Positions 21,236 through 35,300 of a stretch of DNA of 64,000 nt are shown here, piece after piece. The position numbers and the translations under genes were made by a program. This DNA is from Bugula neritina (lineage: Eukaryota; Animalia; Bryozoa): assembly GCA_964035545.1 (NCBI GenBank), contig OZ037772.1, forward strand, positions 5,874,889 through 5,938,888, given 5' to 3'. The notes below the pieces were generated by a model. The model ran no database searches and was not told the origin of the DNA. It saw only the letters and a program-made list of their open reading frames with translations. The stretch's first letter is position 1. The number at the start of each line of letters is the position of its first letter.

Positions 21236-24200
21236 TCCAAACTAACACCATTGACTTAAAAAATGTTGATAAAAACTGCAGCAAGTCTTTAAAAACGATG
21301 CTAGCAAGTTCAAAGCTCACTATAACTTTCAAAATCAATAAAATGTCAAGTTCAAAAAACTCATCTGCGAGCAAAAAATAGTTACAGAGACAACCAGGTA
21401 TTGGGCAAGAGCCAGCTAATAGGAGTACCTTTTTAGATAAACTGCATGCAGGCACAGTGAGATAGCATCGGTGAGTTGTGTCTTCATTTTAATTTCCTAA
21501 AAATGAACATAAACAAATGCTAGTAATGAAAGTTTTCAGGGTTATTAAGGGTGCAATTTTATCACTAAACATCATAGCAATAGCAAAAATTGCTCAGTAC
21601 AAATTTAAGAAAAATTTCTTTCATCCATTACATAATACCCGAAATCAAATCCATTTATTCAATTCATCAAGCTGAAAAACCAAGAATAATCAGAAAGACA
21701 GTAAAATCACTTTCTAGTAAAAAACAGCTTTAGATCATAATTGTTGGGTTCAGCTCTTAAGCTAAGACACCGATGCACTGAAATACGAAAAAGATCAGCA
21801 TACTTTTGACTGTCACAAAATTTATTTTACGTGCAACAGACATTTTAAGGTCACCCGCCACCCGCGCAGGACCACGTTGGTGAAAGGTGACCAGATATTT
21901 TAAGGTCAATCAAAATCAAGCAAAGTTCATCGTCATATTGCTTACTGCTTAATGCTGCAGCTTATTTTTGCTTACCAAGTTTCTTTCTGCAGAATAATTG
22001 TAGCTAGCTTCTCGATTTGCCATCTTTATTCCAGTCCAGGTTCAAATGACATCTTGATCGTTGCAAATATCCATGCAAGCTAAAAAATATTTATCAATCA
22101 GTACAACAACAGAAATACTTACAATGATCCAAATATTACTATTACATTACTATAACATTACACAGTAACACTATGTTTATAATTGTAATACGGAAGCATG
22201 ACTTTGTGGTAGTTTGATATGCTATAGCAAAAGGTAGAAAAATCAACTGAAAAACCGACAGAAATAATCAAGTACAATTAACTAAAGTAAATAAACTTAC
22301 TGAATAGTAAATATTTTACTATACTTAGTGAATTGATTTACTTCCACTAGGTTTACTTTCATGATTAAATGCTTCTGTCTATTTTCCAGTTTATAGGAAT
22401 ATATTAAAAGTGAAACCAATTATAATTACTATTACCTTATCTAGTTTTGACTATATATTTTTCACAAATATAAACATAGTTATATGCGTATTCCTATTGT
22501 GACTGCAGATACCATTGCGGTAACTGAAATCAAACTTCATTCTACTTCAAGTTTCAAACATTGTCCCAGTTCAAAGACTAACAAGTAAATAATTAATAAC
22601 TGTGAAAGCTCCAATAAGTTACTTCATTATTAAATAAGATACAACTGATTCTACTGTATATGATACTATGGTATCTGTATTAAATTAAAACATAATTATG
22701 AAAATCAAAAGTTGTATTTTTAGCACTTATATTATAGTAATTAAATTACCAGCTTAAAATAGGCACATTAAACCATGATTGGAATTTTTATCCATTTATC
22801 TTTATAATTATATTTATTCTTTATTCTGAAAGTTGACCCAACACTGGTAACAAAACTAAAAGTAATTGATTAAGTATGATTTATTCTTACACACTTTACC
22901 ATTATATTTAGTCTTCCTGACTTTCAGTCTGTCATAGTGATTACTACTATATGAAAATGACTTTGACTTAGGAGTCATGATTATAGTCACAGTGTTGATA
23001 AGTCAACAGTGTAGGATTAACACAGCACTAGACTAGTACTACCTCCAGCTTTCAAGTTTATGTTAGGGTATCTCTAAGACTAAAGAGTAACCCTAATAAT
23101 GTAAGCAAAGAGCAGTGAGTAATAAGCATGCTATTCAACTTCAAGTTTCACTAGTACTATAACCAATACCACATGTATTTTAATAAAATTATGTAGCTGG
23201 TGAGTGAACTATAAAATTAAATAGGGATCAAACTTTGAGCAATATTAATAGAAATAATATTAGGACAGAGGTTTCCAATTATTAGTATGTGAAACCAAAG
23301 GGGAATGGATAACTACTATTAGTATTATTACATTTACTTTATATTTAGTTTTACCAGTTCGTATTATGATTATCTTACTTTGAATTGTAAAGTATAATAA
23401 TTATAATATTCATAGTAGTATATTTATATTAGTAATTAATATGTATATTAGTAAAAACATTTGTTTTAAGTTGCTTGTTTATTAAATTATTCTAAATCCT
23501 AATAACGATAATCTTAATATTAGTGATAATCATTATGCTCATCACTGTCCCCAAGTGCTATCAGTATGACCATCGCAATGTGAACCTAGACGTGAATGTA
23601 AAAAGGCACTGCAAAACAAAACATGGGATGGAGGCAGATATCCATACCATAATACAAATATCGATATTGAATTTGATAATCATAATAATTATACAAATAT
23701 AATGATAATAACTGCAATGATCAAAAATAAATAATACTAAAGAGTTTTCGAATTACTATTCATAAAATCAAATACCACATTTATAACGATATAATCATAT
23801 CTATTATTAAATTTAAGTCAATTATACTAATAGCAATAGTAATATAAATAGAAAAAAGAATCATTGACCAGGAGTAGGTGCAAAATAAAAGTCAATTTTA
23901 AGACAGAGAGTAAGAAAAATACTAAATCGATATTTAAAATTACTTATTTTTAATCTTAGTCACTTACAGTCAGTCTTAGTTTAATTTTTACTACTAAGTC
24001 TTTAATTTCAAGTTCATTTTGACAATAAACTTGAAGACTTTAACTAAGAATATGTATAATTCAAAATTCCAAACTGGTACAAGTAAAAGTTGCTACTGAA
24101 GCTTTGTAATATTATTTTAAATTATTGGTATGATAGCATTATATTTTGATTCATAGCAATACTGATAGTGACAATTTCAAACATACCCATACCATTACTG

Positions 24201-25794
24201 TTACAGTTTAAGTTACTATTGCCATTGTGATTGCCGGTAATGAGTAAATATAACTTAAATTTATATGACTATTACTATTACTATTAGTATTACTATCACT
24301 TTCGGTACCGGTCTAGTATCAGTATCACCTTAATTCAAAATCAATGTATAATTTATCAAATTACTTTTATATTATCATTTATCAATAATATGTCTATCAC
24401 TATGATATTATCATGATATTGATTTTTAATTTAAACATAATAAAATCATAGGTATAATCATAATGATAATCATAATCATAATGCTTAAATTTACTTTTAG
24501 TTCAGGTTCAATGATTTAAGAGTAAGTGAAAGTTACTATAACTATTGCCATTGTGATCGCTAGAAATAAGTAAATATAATTTAAATTTATATAACTATTA
24601 CTATTACCAACACTCAGACTTACTCGGACTCACTCTGTCTCTAACTCTAAGTCTGAGTCTCACTCCACCAGAGTGAGAGTGACACTGAATTACTATAACT
24701 ATTACTATTACTATAACTATTACTATAACTATTAGTATTAGTATTAGCAAAATATATCAACCTTATGATTATCTTATTAGTTATTACAATATGTTCGGCA
24801 TTGATGTTGAACTAAAAATATTAATAGTTATTACAATCACAATGACAATGCCAATATGATCAAAGACAATGATTCCAAGCAGTTTCAGTTTGAGTTGAAG
24901 GTAAGTTATAAGTTGAAGTAGTACGTAAGTGGTAGTTGATACTGATACTATCAGTGATAGGTCTATACTCCATACCAATGAACTCAATAATATTACCTAT
25001 ATATTACCATAAATTATATTACTATTAGTATTACCTATAATATTAATTAAAATATATTCTTTCTTTTCCAGCTCAGTGCTTCATACCCTCTACTTAGTCT
25101 AATGCCGCGCACGTGACGAGAATGTGAGGTGAAGGTCACTCACAGCTAAAATCGCCAAGGATCTGTAATCCATCACTAGTAGTAGTAGTTCTAGTAGTCG
25201 TACTACCAGTAATCTGGCTTCGCTATGACACTACGAATTGAATGTTGACAAGACGCATGCATGTTTGCTGTTGGTAAACTAATTTTTACTGAATTTTAAT
25301 CATGCTAAGCTGCAACCTATTTTCTAATGAAATAATATATTCAATAATAATATAATAAATATAATAATTATCATTATAATATTTTATCATTTAATTTTAT
25401 AACTTTTACTTTTAGTTTTAGTATTTTGGTTTTACATCAAAATTTACATCATTATGATTACAAAATGAAAATAATTATCATTAATCATTACCTTTTAATT
25501 TATGATTATAATTAATGTAAATGTTAGAATTACCACAATTACAATCATAATGAAAATGGCATAATCCCAATGATAATCACAATCGTAACACTAATAATAA
25601 TAGTAATAGTCAAACTCAAGGATTGAGCCAATGATTCAGATTGTCTAAATTTAATTAAATAAATTTCAGCCTTGGGTTTAACTTTACAGTTCACAATTTT
25701 ATTTTACATTACGACTGAGAGTCACAGTAAGACTGAGAAAAAGAGTAAGTCATACCTTTCTTGCAGTTATTTTCAAAGTTTGTAGTTGTACTGG

Positions 25795-25930
25795 TACAGT
25801 AGTAGACCTAGTAGTAGTACTAGTAGTAGTAGTAGTAACAGTACTATTAGTAGTAGTAGTAGTAGTAGTAGTACTAGTACTAGTAGCAGTACTAGTACTA
25901 GTTGTAGTACTAGTATCAGTGGTAGTAGTA
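25795..25930. repeat. (TAG)n/(TAC)n microsatellite
   Basis: Directly visible. Confidence 0.9.
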
Positions 25931-27002
25931 ATAGGACTGCGATCTTAGATGTAAGTCTAATGAAATACGAATAATAATAGTATAAGCATAACTTTTACAT
26001 ATTTAGTTTTACTATAAGTGTAAATATAATGAGTAATAGTAAAACTCAAAGTATATACATTAACTCAGTTTAGCATTAATGATAAAATAAAATAATTATA
26101 ATAAAGTAATATGATCACCATTACGATTATAATTGAAATTCTTAGTAACACTTTTATGATACTCAGTTTAATTTATTAATATTAAACATTAGTTTGGCTA
26201 CCACAAATAACTAATAAGTGCTACTATAGGTAACTGTAAAGATAAGTATAAATTTAACTATAACATAGACTATCAGCAATAATAATATATCATATTGATA
26301 TTAAACTATATATAGATAATGCAAATCATAGATCATACCTCATGATAATTATTCCTAATGACCTTACTTTTTATATGCTGATGCTAATAAGTAGTAATTT
26401 TAAATCTGATAACTCATGAATGATGAATAAGATAACAAGAATAACACTGGACCTAGTAATACTATTAGTCCTACTACTAGAATTTTATTATCTTATATGT
26501 GTAAACGCTTCTTTTAGTAATACTGCTGGTCAAAGTTAGTGTTAATCATATTTATAGTTAAATGTTGAAGGAATAAATTAGTTCATAACATAAACATTGC
26601 ACTATGTGAATATGAAATTTAATATGAATATCCCAATTACACTTGCTGTTGCTCTTTAGAGACTAGAGTTATAACTTATAACTATGATATAATAATGAAT
26701 ACCATTATTTTAACTAATCATATTACTCAGCTAATGTTAATGATAACTGTAAGTCTAAAAACCATTACGGTTATAGGTATCACTGACTAATATTATTAAT
26801 AATATAATCATTCGTTTTATACTTGTACCTATATTTATATTTATACTTATACCTATTTTTATACTTATGATCATATCTATACTTTCACGTATGCTTGTAC
26901 ATTTTACTCATAGTATCAGGGTGGCAATCGAAAAGTCATAATCGATATGCTAATCTAATAATAGAACCAACTGCACTAATATAGTTGTATATTATTATTA
27001 TT

Positions 27003-29945
27003 GTTGATTGACCGTAGTTTTTTAGCTGGTGTAACCTTTTACCATTGGCCTAGTTATACTAGGCTGAAATGGATAGAACTTTCCTCAGGATGTGAGCTTA
27101 TCCTGATCCTAGTAAGGGTGTCTGCTGAATTAATGAGCATTAGTTTTCAGCTACTCCAAGTAGTGTCAGCTAGTCTACAATCTTGTATAAAGCTCCAAAG
27201 GCTCCAGTTACAACGGGATGACTTTTTTGATGTTTTCCAAAGGCGGGTTTATTCTAGTGCTAAATTCTGATATTTTCCTAACTTTTCGAATTTTTTTCTT
27301 TTACTCTGTAGTTAACAGGGACTGCGATATCAATTATCGTTGTTTCAGCATTATGCTTGTCAACTACTAATATATCGGGTCTCCTAACTTTGATGACTAC
27401 GTCAGTGTGTATGTTAAAATCTTACAAGGTTTTCACATTATCATTTTACAGTACTTATTCTGCTTGATGGCCGTACCAATTCTTACTTTTCTGAAACCCA
27501 CGAAGTTCACACAACTACTATTGAAATTATCAATGCCAAAAGGTTGTGTTTTTTCTTATATTCTCCTTCTGCTACCTTCTCAAACTCACTCAATACGTGC
27601 ATCGAAGTTTTGTCTCTTGCGTTACACATTCCACACTTCTTGCTACCCTGTTCTCTCATCCTAGCCACTTTATAATTTCTAGTAGTGAATAGTTGATTTT
27701 GCGCAGCTGTCAGCAGTCCTTCTGTTTCCTTTTTCAGCCAACCATACTTCAACCAGTTCCAGGAAAATGCTTTCATGTCTTCCACCATTTTTATGTATTG
27801 ACCACGTGAAGCTTTTCTTTACACTCATCAGTTCTTTCTATCACTTTATCATTATTTAGTTCTACCGCTATTCTGTCTTTTAGGAAGGTATTCAGTGTGG
27901 TGTTTCTATCAGTCTATGTTATATTTATGTAGTCTGACATGCTGCAGTTTTCAATCTTTATGCATTTTTCAGTTGACAACATTCTTCTACCGCCTTCCCT
28001 TCTGCTAAAATACAGCCTGCCTACATCTGCTCTCCGATAGGGTGCACGGTTTGTTGTCATTAGCTTCCTTGTCTTTCAGTCCATATTTTTTAGCTCATGA
28101 AACAGTTCAGTCAAGTATTCTAGCTGTGTAATGCACTGCTGTTACTGCCCATGTGTTTATTGCTTTGATTGTGTTCTCACCATTCAGTTTTGAATCCAGA
28201 ACTTTTCTTATTTGTTTGTAGTACTCCTTGATCTTATTTTTCATTTCATATATTTGTATTCTATCAATCTCAAGAACTCCTAGATATTTATACGGCTTCT
28301 CACCCAGATCTTTGATTACCTGTTCATCAGGCAAACTGAGTCCTGTGTCCTTAATTTTCTTTCCCTTTCTCATAACCAGTGTGGCACATTTTTTAATCCA
28401 AATTTCATTTCTATATTCCTTGTGAAGATCCCGGCAGTGTTTACCAAAGCTTCCAGTTCCCACTTTGATTTCCTATTTACCTTCAGGTCATCCACATATA
28501 GGAGATGGTTTGTTTTCTGTCTCGTCGAAATTTGCATCATTGAGCCGCTTCTGTCATGCGAATCGGTAGTTGGAGAAAAGGGATTGAGATAAAGAGTCTC
28601 CTTGGAAAATTCTTAGTTTGATCTTTATTTCTCCTATCTTTTCTTCCAGGTATTTCAGTTGTGTTTTCCAGGTTTCATGCTTTTTCTTATCAACCTTATG
28701 ACATTAATTGCTATTCCAGTTGTTTGCATCGTTTCTAAGATCTAATTTCCTTGTCTTTACATATGCTCCAATTTGTTGCTAACTTTATTTAGTCATTCTG
28801 CATTGGTAATATTTTTAGTTGGCTGACCCCATATATTTTATCAGAATGCTTTTGATTTTCTTGTCAGGTGCCTCTTTAGATGTACGTATTCATTTCCTCG
28901 TAATTCTTGATAAAAGCGCTTATCATTGTAAACATTGTGTTCTGATTATATTGATCAACTCATTCTGTATATCTGTTTATCTTCTGGCTTACAGCTCTCA
29001 AGTTTTGCTTCAGTTTTTCAATCACTACACCACACTCTCTGTTCTTTATCCTATATTTTTCTTCAACCATTCTTCTCAATGAATCATTGTAAGCTCTACT
29101 TTTTCACTCTGCTATTTTACTTAAGTCTGATCTAATTTCTTTTTATTTCTTCTGCAGTCGTATTTTCCATACTTGTACATTGTCAGTTTTTCTTTTTCCT
29201 TTTTGTTACACACTTGTTCTGTTAGTATTTTTCGCACAAGCCATGGTGGTGTTATTAAGCTCAATGGTATTAATAATCTCAACACAGTTTAGCACATCAT
29301 TAATCTGTTTTACTGCCTGTAGTAATTTGACCCTCTCAATGTGCCTAAGGGCTCTTAGTGTTGGTCGATTATTAGATAGTTTGTTATGCTCATTTATAAT
29401 TTTTCTACTAACACTTTTTCTACCTCTGAACTAGGTACTCTTAAAATTCTCATGGCTGATTTATATGCTATCTCATGTTGTACTATAACATCCTCTATTT
29501 GCAAATTTAGCTCTTCATTATCTTCTTCACCAATTGATGTGCCTAGTTCTTGCAAGGTTCCTTCTTCAATCTTATGGAGTTCTTCTTCCATAAAATGCTT
29601 GTGTTTCTTCATAGTTCTTGCCTAATCCGCTAGTCTCTATTCGCTGATGTTAAACTCTCCTCTGTTTTCCAGCGTTTGCACATTCTTTTTAAATAATTCT
29701 TTGATCCGGGTCTACAGAGCTCATACATTGTTTTTCTATAACCTCTCAATTTGGGTGTACTTTTGAAGCAGCATTTCATGACAACTTTGTTGTCTTCTCT
29801 TGAGTATCTTCTTCTAGTTGTGCCATTAACGGGTTGACGGCCGTAGGTTGCCTGGCCCTCCACATACCCACTGCCAGACGAGACATGCCATGTTTAGTTA
29901 GACATACCATTAACGTCGTTGGCTCTATTAGTTCTATTTTAATGG
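27003..29945 (-). mobile_element. Degenerate non-LTR retrotransposon of the RLE type (R4/Dong-like), with frameshifts and stops
   Basis: Minus-strand fragments: RRRYSREDNKVVMKCCFKS..RGYRK (N-terminus), IFQGDSLS and NHLLYVDDLK (RT, ~28480-28615), YKYLGVLE, IKAINTWAV, KETEGLLTAAQNQ, KCGMC..H (Zn knuckle remnant), RRPDILVVDK...IIDIAVP (restriction-like endonuclease, ~27320-27380). Flanked by (ATT)n. Confidence 0.85.
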
Positions 29946-32033
29946 ATCATATTATTATTTTTAATTATTATTATTATCACTATCAGTAGCAAATAAATAA
30001 TTTTATATTTGTTATTAGTTACTACTTATAGAAATTGAGTGCCACAGCTTGAGGGTTATAAAGTCAGTCTTAGTCAATGTAATGGGGATGCTGATACTGA
30101 CATTTGGCTTTGAGCTCATAGTTAAATTGCTAACAACTATACCTAAGGATAACAGGAGTATTAAAATGTTAATTTATAAGGATTATAACCTTAGAGTGGA
30201 GATATTATTCTCAATTTATTTAGTTTTTACTTTACTAACTTTTATTTTATTCATCAACCTTACTGTCTATTTAAATAGCAAACTAAAGAATAATTATGAA
30301 GGCCTTTGAATTGAAGTACTTTTCTGTAGCTGATTAGATTTCAAGTATTAAAATAACATACTAAGACAGAATACCATTATATGAGCTAGATTAATAAAGT
30401 AAAGAAGATTTCTTTGTTAATCAAAATATAGGTGTCACATATGCCTATTTTTAAGATTATGTTCTTATATGTGCTGTCTTTTTAATATTTTTAAAGTGCT
30501 ACATTTTGAGGGTAGCCTACATCAATATGACTGCCCTGTAATTGCTTGTCAACTATAAGAGTTAGACCTATAAACTGTCTCATTTTCAAATTATCTTTAC
30601 TTTTCTAATTGATGTTAACATGACTATTCCTATTAGTATTTTGGTGTTTACCATTAGTAATGTTTGAAGTAACATCAATATCATTGTTAATTTGTCTAAT
30701 TATTCAAATTTTAATATTCATCATTTGTGAACAGTAATAAAATTTTGTCTTTCTTAAATTAATGTGATGCTAGATTAGCTACTCTAGCAAGTGTGTATTG
30801 TGCAATGAGTACTAATGCCTTATTTTTGCACTTCTTGTTCTATATAATTTAGATTTAAGGTAACAATTCCTAAAGCTATCACATAATGCTGCTATCAGTT
30901 ATAAAGATGTCACTGATCCAAACATTGAAAACCAGCTGAGCGCATGCAAGGTTGAAAACTTATTTTCTCTGGTTAGGTAAGTAGAAAGGTATTTGCTGTA
31001 ATTTACAACTATTTTGTTTTCAACATCCTTGATGTTCATCTCTAAAAGATAAGTAGCACATAATGGTACCTGTTTTACTTAGCAGAAGAAATTATTGTCA
31101 AAGCTCTATTACTACATTTTAAATTGTATGACACTCTTTTGACTACATTTGATTTCATATCTCAAATAATTATATTTCTGACTCATGAAACTGTAACCAC
31201 ACACTTGAGAACAAAATAAATAATGATATGGAAGCTTTCTTTAACTTTGTCAATTTAGTCATTAGCCAATGACTGAAAACATGTTTTGTACACTATTGAT
31301 TGCCTCTCCATTTCCGCTATAAGGCAGAAACTTTAATCTCAAAATTTAAGACACTGGCAATTCTTCCCAATAATACGTTGTTCAAAACAAATATTTTTTG
31401 CCAAGTAATATAGTATTTAATTATATTTTTTAGTCAAAGAAATTTGTTTGGTTTCTTGTGTCATCTTGAATAGGTTGTTATTCATTATCTTTTTCTTCGT
31501 GTTATGGCTATGAGTGTATATAACCTTTGCTGACAGGTTTTTCCCCCATCACTATATGTTTCTCTGTTTACTCTCTAACAGTTTTATTTCCGTTCATTTT
31601 TTAGAGTTTACTAAAATGACATGGGTGTGCTTTGTTGTGGCTCCTAATTGAGCGCATCCGTTGAGATTATTGGAAGTTTTGTTGAAACTGAGCTGAGGCC
31701 TCTTACTCCTAAAGGCAAAAATTTGAGTCATCTTAGCTACTTGTAGCATATCAACATCGAACAGCACCATTCCACTACTCTAAGCTTAAGGTTTTGGCTG
31801 CATTAGATCAACAGGTAAGTTTAATAGTTTGTATTTCGTACACTATTTCATGATATCTGTTCAGCATTTACTTGGTAGCACACATTTATAGGTTTTGCAT
31901 TCTTTTAGTTTTTTGCAGTACAACTTTTCTACGCAACTATTACACTGTTGTTGCTGTTAATTGTAGTTTATTCTGCTTGACCATGCAATTATTGAATTAT
32001 GTTGCAAAGGTGATTGAGTCCTTTTATTTAATT

Positions 32034-32394
32034 TAGTACACACTGGAAATCTGCAGTTTTTAGCCATTTTTACATTTTAGCTGCTAATGAACAATGCTTT
32101 TTGCTTAAAATTAGTGAGACATCAAGAAATACACCTAAATAATCAAGGTTCTTCTTAATTTTGCATGATTTCTCATGTTTTTTCCTATTTATTCATTTCA
32201 TTTGGATTGCCTACTGTTACAAACTAACCGTGGCGATCCCCAGTCAGAAGTTGCTGTAATTAGAAAAAATCATAGGAAATCAAAAAAAATTAAAAAGAGC
32301 CTTGATTATTTAGGTGTATTTATTGATATTTTTTTAGTTTCGGGCCAAAACTCATGTTCATTAGCAAAAACTTGAGATCTTCAGTATGTACTAA
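32034..32394. mobile_element. Palindromic (foldback) MITE; a left-arm-only copy lies at ~745-935
   Basis: Termini TTAGTACACACTG / CAGTATGTACTAA; inner arms atcaagaaatacacctaaataatcaagg and ccttgattatttaggtgtatttattgat are reverse complements. Confidence 0.72.
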
Positions 32395-35300
32395 CTTAAA
32401 TAAAATGAACCAATTGCAGTAAATTTCTGCATTTTCTAATACTTCTTAAATTTACACCTAAAATAGTGCTGTCTTAAGAAAATGACACTAGCTGCTGTTT
32501 TCATGTATGTGCCCCAATTGTATATAATGCTGTTGATTTGTTTAGTGCTTTTTCTATTTGTTTGTTATATAACTTTTCTTTTATGGTTGTTGCCAGCACC
32601 TAAAGCATTATTCATTAGTGTCAATTAATTTCTACTCACAGTTTTACTGTTACATAGTTTATAAAACCCTTGTGTCAACTTTTCTAGATATCCTGGTTAA
32701 AATTGTTCTACTTGATGAATGGCATAGGGCATATGCAATAGCAAAACAGTTGCAGGCTGTTTTGGAAAAAAAATTGTGCATATAACCTTTATTTTATACA
32801 TGTTATTTAGGCTTTGGTAGAACTGTTGGAGAGCCTTCCTCTTGAATAAAGCTACTCAACTTCCCGGATTCTACTTTATTGACATTAACCCACTACCTAC
32901 AAAACGCCTTGAAATTTAGCTAATAAATTATGTATTTTGTGATTTTTTTTAAATGTACAATGTTATGTATAAATTACAATCAGTTTATATATATATACAT
33001 ATCTTTTACTACTTAGTATTACAGTGTAAAAAGCATTTCAGGGTTAACAATTTAGTTAATTGGCCCTAACAGTAATTATGTATAATACAGATTTGCAGAT
33101 GCTTTAAATGAACCCAAAAAGCTGATGTTGTTAAACAGTGTACAAAATAGTCACCTCATATCAGCCAGACATGCTTAGTCATTACCTAGCATTAAAATCA
33201 TATTATGAATGCAGTCAAGTTTTGATATGCATCCCTATTATTGATAGTTTGTGAACCAGCAATTAAATATCAAGAAGCAATATTACTAACCAATGTGCTG
33301 GTTAAAGAGTTTCAAGTTGTAGTTATAGTATCAAACTATTATAATGGCATAAAAACTATCAGTTAAAACATCTTATTAATATTTACTACAGGAATACATA
33401 TTATAGGTGTGCTAAAAATCTGGTAGAAGCATCAATTATTTTAGATGTTTTGGATTTAGTATCTCTGTACTATAATGTAATATACAGAACATCAGGTGCT
33501 GTCTCCACAGTGCATTGATGGCACTAATGAATATTAATACATGCAGGCAGTGTTGGTAATGATTTATTGAAATAGGAGTTTAAAAACTGTTTAAACAACA
33601 ATGAAAAGCCTGAGATTAGTCCAAGGAGAGGGGTATTTCAAGCTAGCAGATGAGCAATATAGATGCGAAAGTCTTGCCTAAAAATCATTATTGTTATATC
33701 TAGTCATTAATTTCTTGCAATAGATCTATTTCACTATTGAGAAGAACAAAATTAGCTAGTAAACACTGTAATAGAGTCAAGGCACTTTGGCAGTGCTAGT
33801 TTAAAATAAACCTGGGATAGTCGAATAGCAGAAGTACTTTTTGATGCATAATATAATTATGTACAGCTTAAGATTTTGCAATACTGTGTTTTCAGTGCGA
33901 TATTAATTTCAATAGCTACATTAAAATAATGTACAATTCTAGCAAGTGATGCAAAATCTTCTAAGATGCTATGACTGTAGCAGTTTGCTACTAGTCTCAA
34001 GTAACAAACCAAATAGCCTTTCTTTGTGCCATCATCCAAATGCCAAACAAATAACTCATTCACTCTGTAACAACAAGGTTGTCTCCCAAGTAGATTGTTA
34101 GACATTTCAGGCATTAATAACCAAAGGCTTTTCACTTTGGCATAATTGTATAGTTACCCAGCTAAATAAATAATGTATTCATGGTATTGTAATTTCAAGC
34201 CATGCATTTATCTGTGAATGCAGCTAAGTATTTAATACGGCCATATATTTATGTACTATGTAGCAATGCCTAATGTAGCTGTCAAGCTTCTACTTATACT
34301 CATTTTACTGATGCTTTACTTCTGATTACATGATTACAAACATAGCAGTTCAAACAAAATTATTTTAGATAGGAATAAATATAATGCTCCTAGCAAATGT
34401 TGTAAAACTATTTTCCAAAAACATATACTTTGCAAAAAAACTTTTCAGAAAGTTATAATGCATTTATCATATTATTGTTTCATTTAAAAGTTATAATGAT
34501 AGAATATTATACTTAAAACACACTCAAATTTTTAGATTCTTGTAATATTGTTAAACAAGAGTTAACGGTAAGATTGGCTGTAGAGTAGAATGTTTAGCTG
34601 TTTGTACTGAAGCTAACAAGTAACTGGCAAAAAAAAAAGATGTAGATAAAAAGTGACAGAATAACAACTGGCTTGTATATTGGTAGTGCAAAAAGCTGTA
34701 TATAACAGTTTAAACAAATACCCATTAGAATAAATGGTAACCCAGTACTTAAAATGTGGTATGTCATAATACATATTTGTGGTGTATTGACTAGGCTAGA
34801 TCAACACATAGCACTATATAATTGCTTTAGTATTTACAATTAGTTTGTGGTCTGGTGGGATTTGTTGATAGCCATTGTCTTTATTAACATAACAGTTTCA
34901 TAAAATTGGCAGTTTTCCTTATTCACCTAGTTAGTTTTTAAGATTTATGTACAATATTTACATATTAGGATATAAAAAATATCTTCAACCAGTGAATATC
35001 AAAATAATGATTAAAGACATATTTTACGTCATATTTTTGTGGCAATCTAAATAATAAGCTGGTCTAAATTGTACTTGTCCAAACAGAACCAGCTCATGAA
35101 TATATGTTGTCTTTTTTTAACTTGACAGTTAATCTAATATGGATGTGTATTTTATACTTGCTTTTGTGTTTAAGGTGATAAAATTGCACTGGTAAGGTAA
35201 ATAAACATTGCTTGTTTGGCATGCTTTTGCGTGGCATTGCATATTATGCTAAACTAATGGCCAGTTTTGCAGTAGCTTCACCATAACCTTCAAAAGAATG

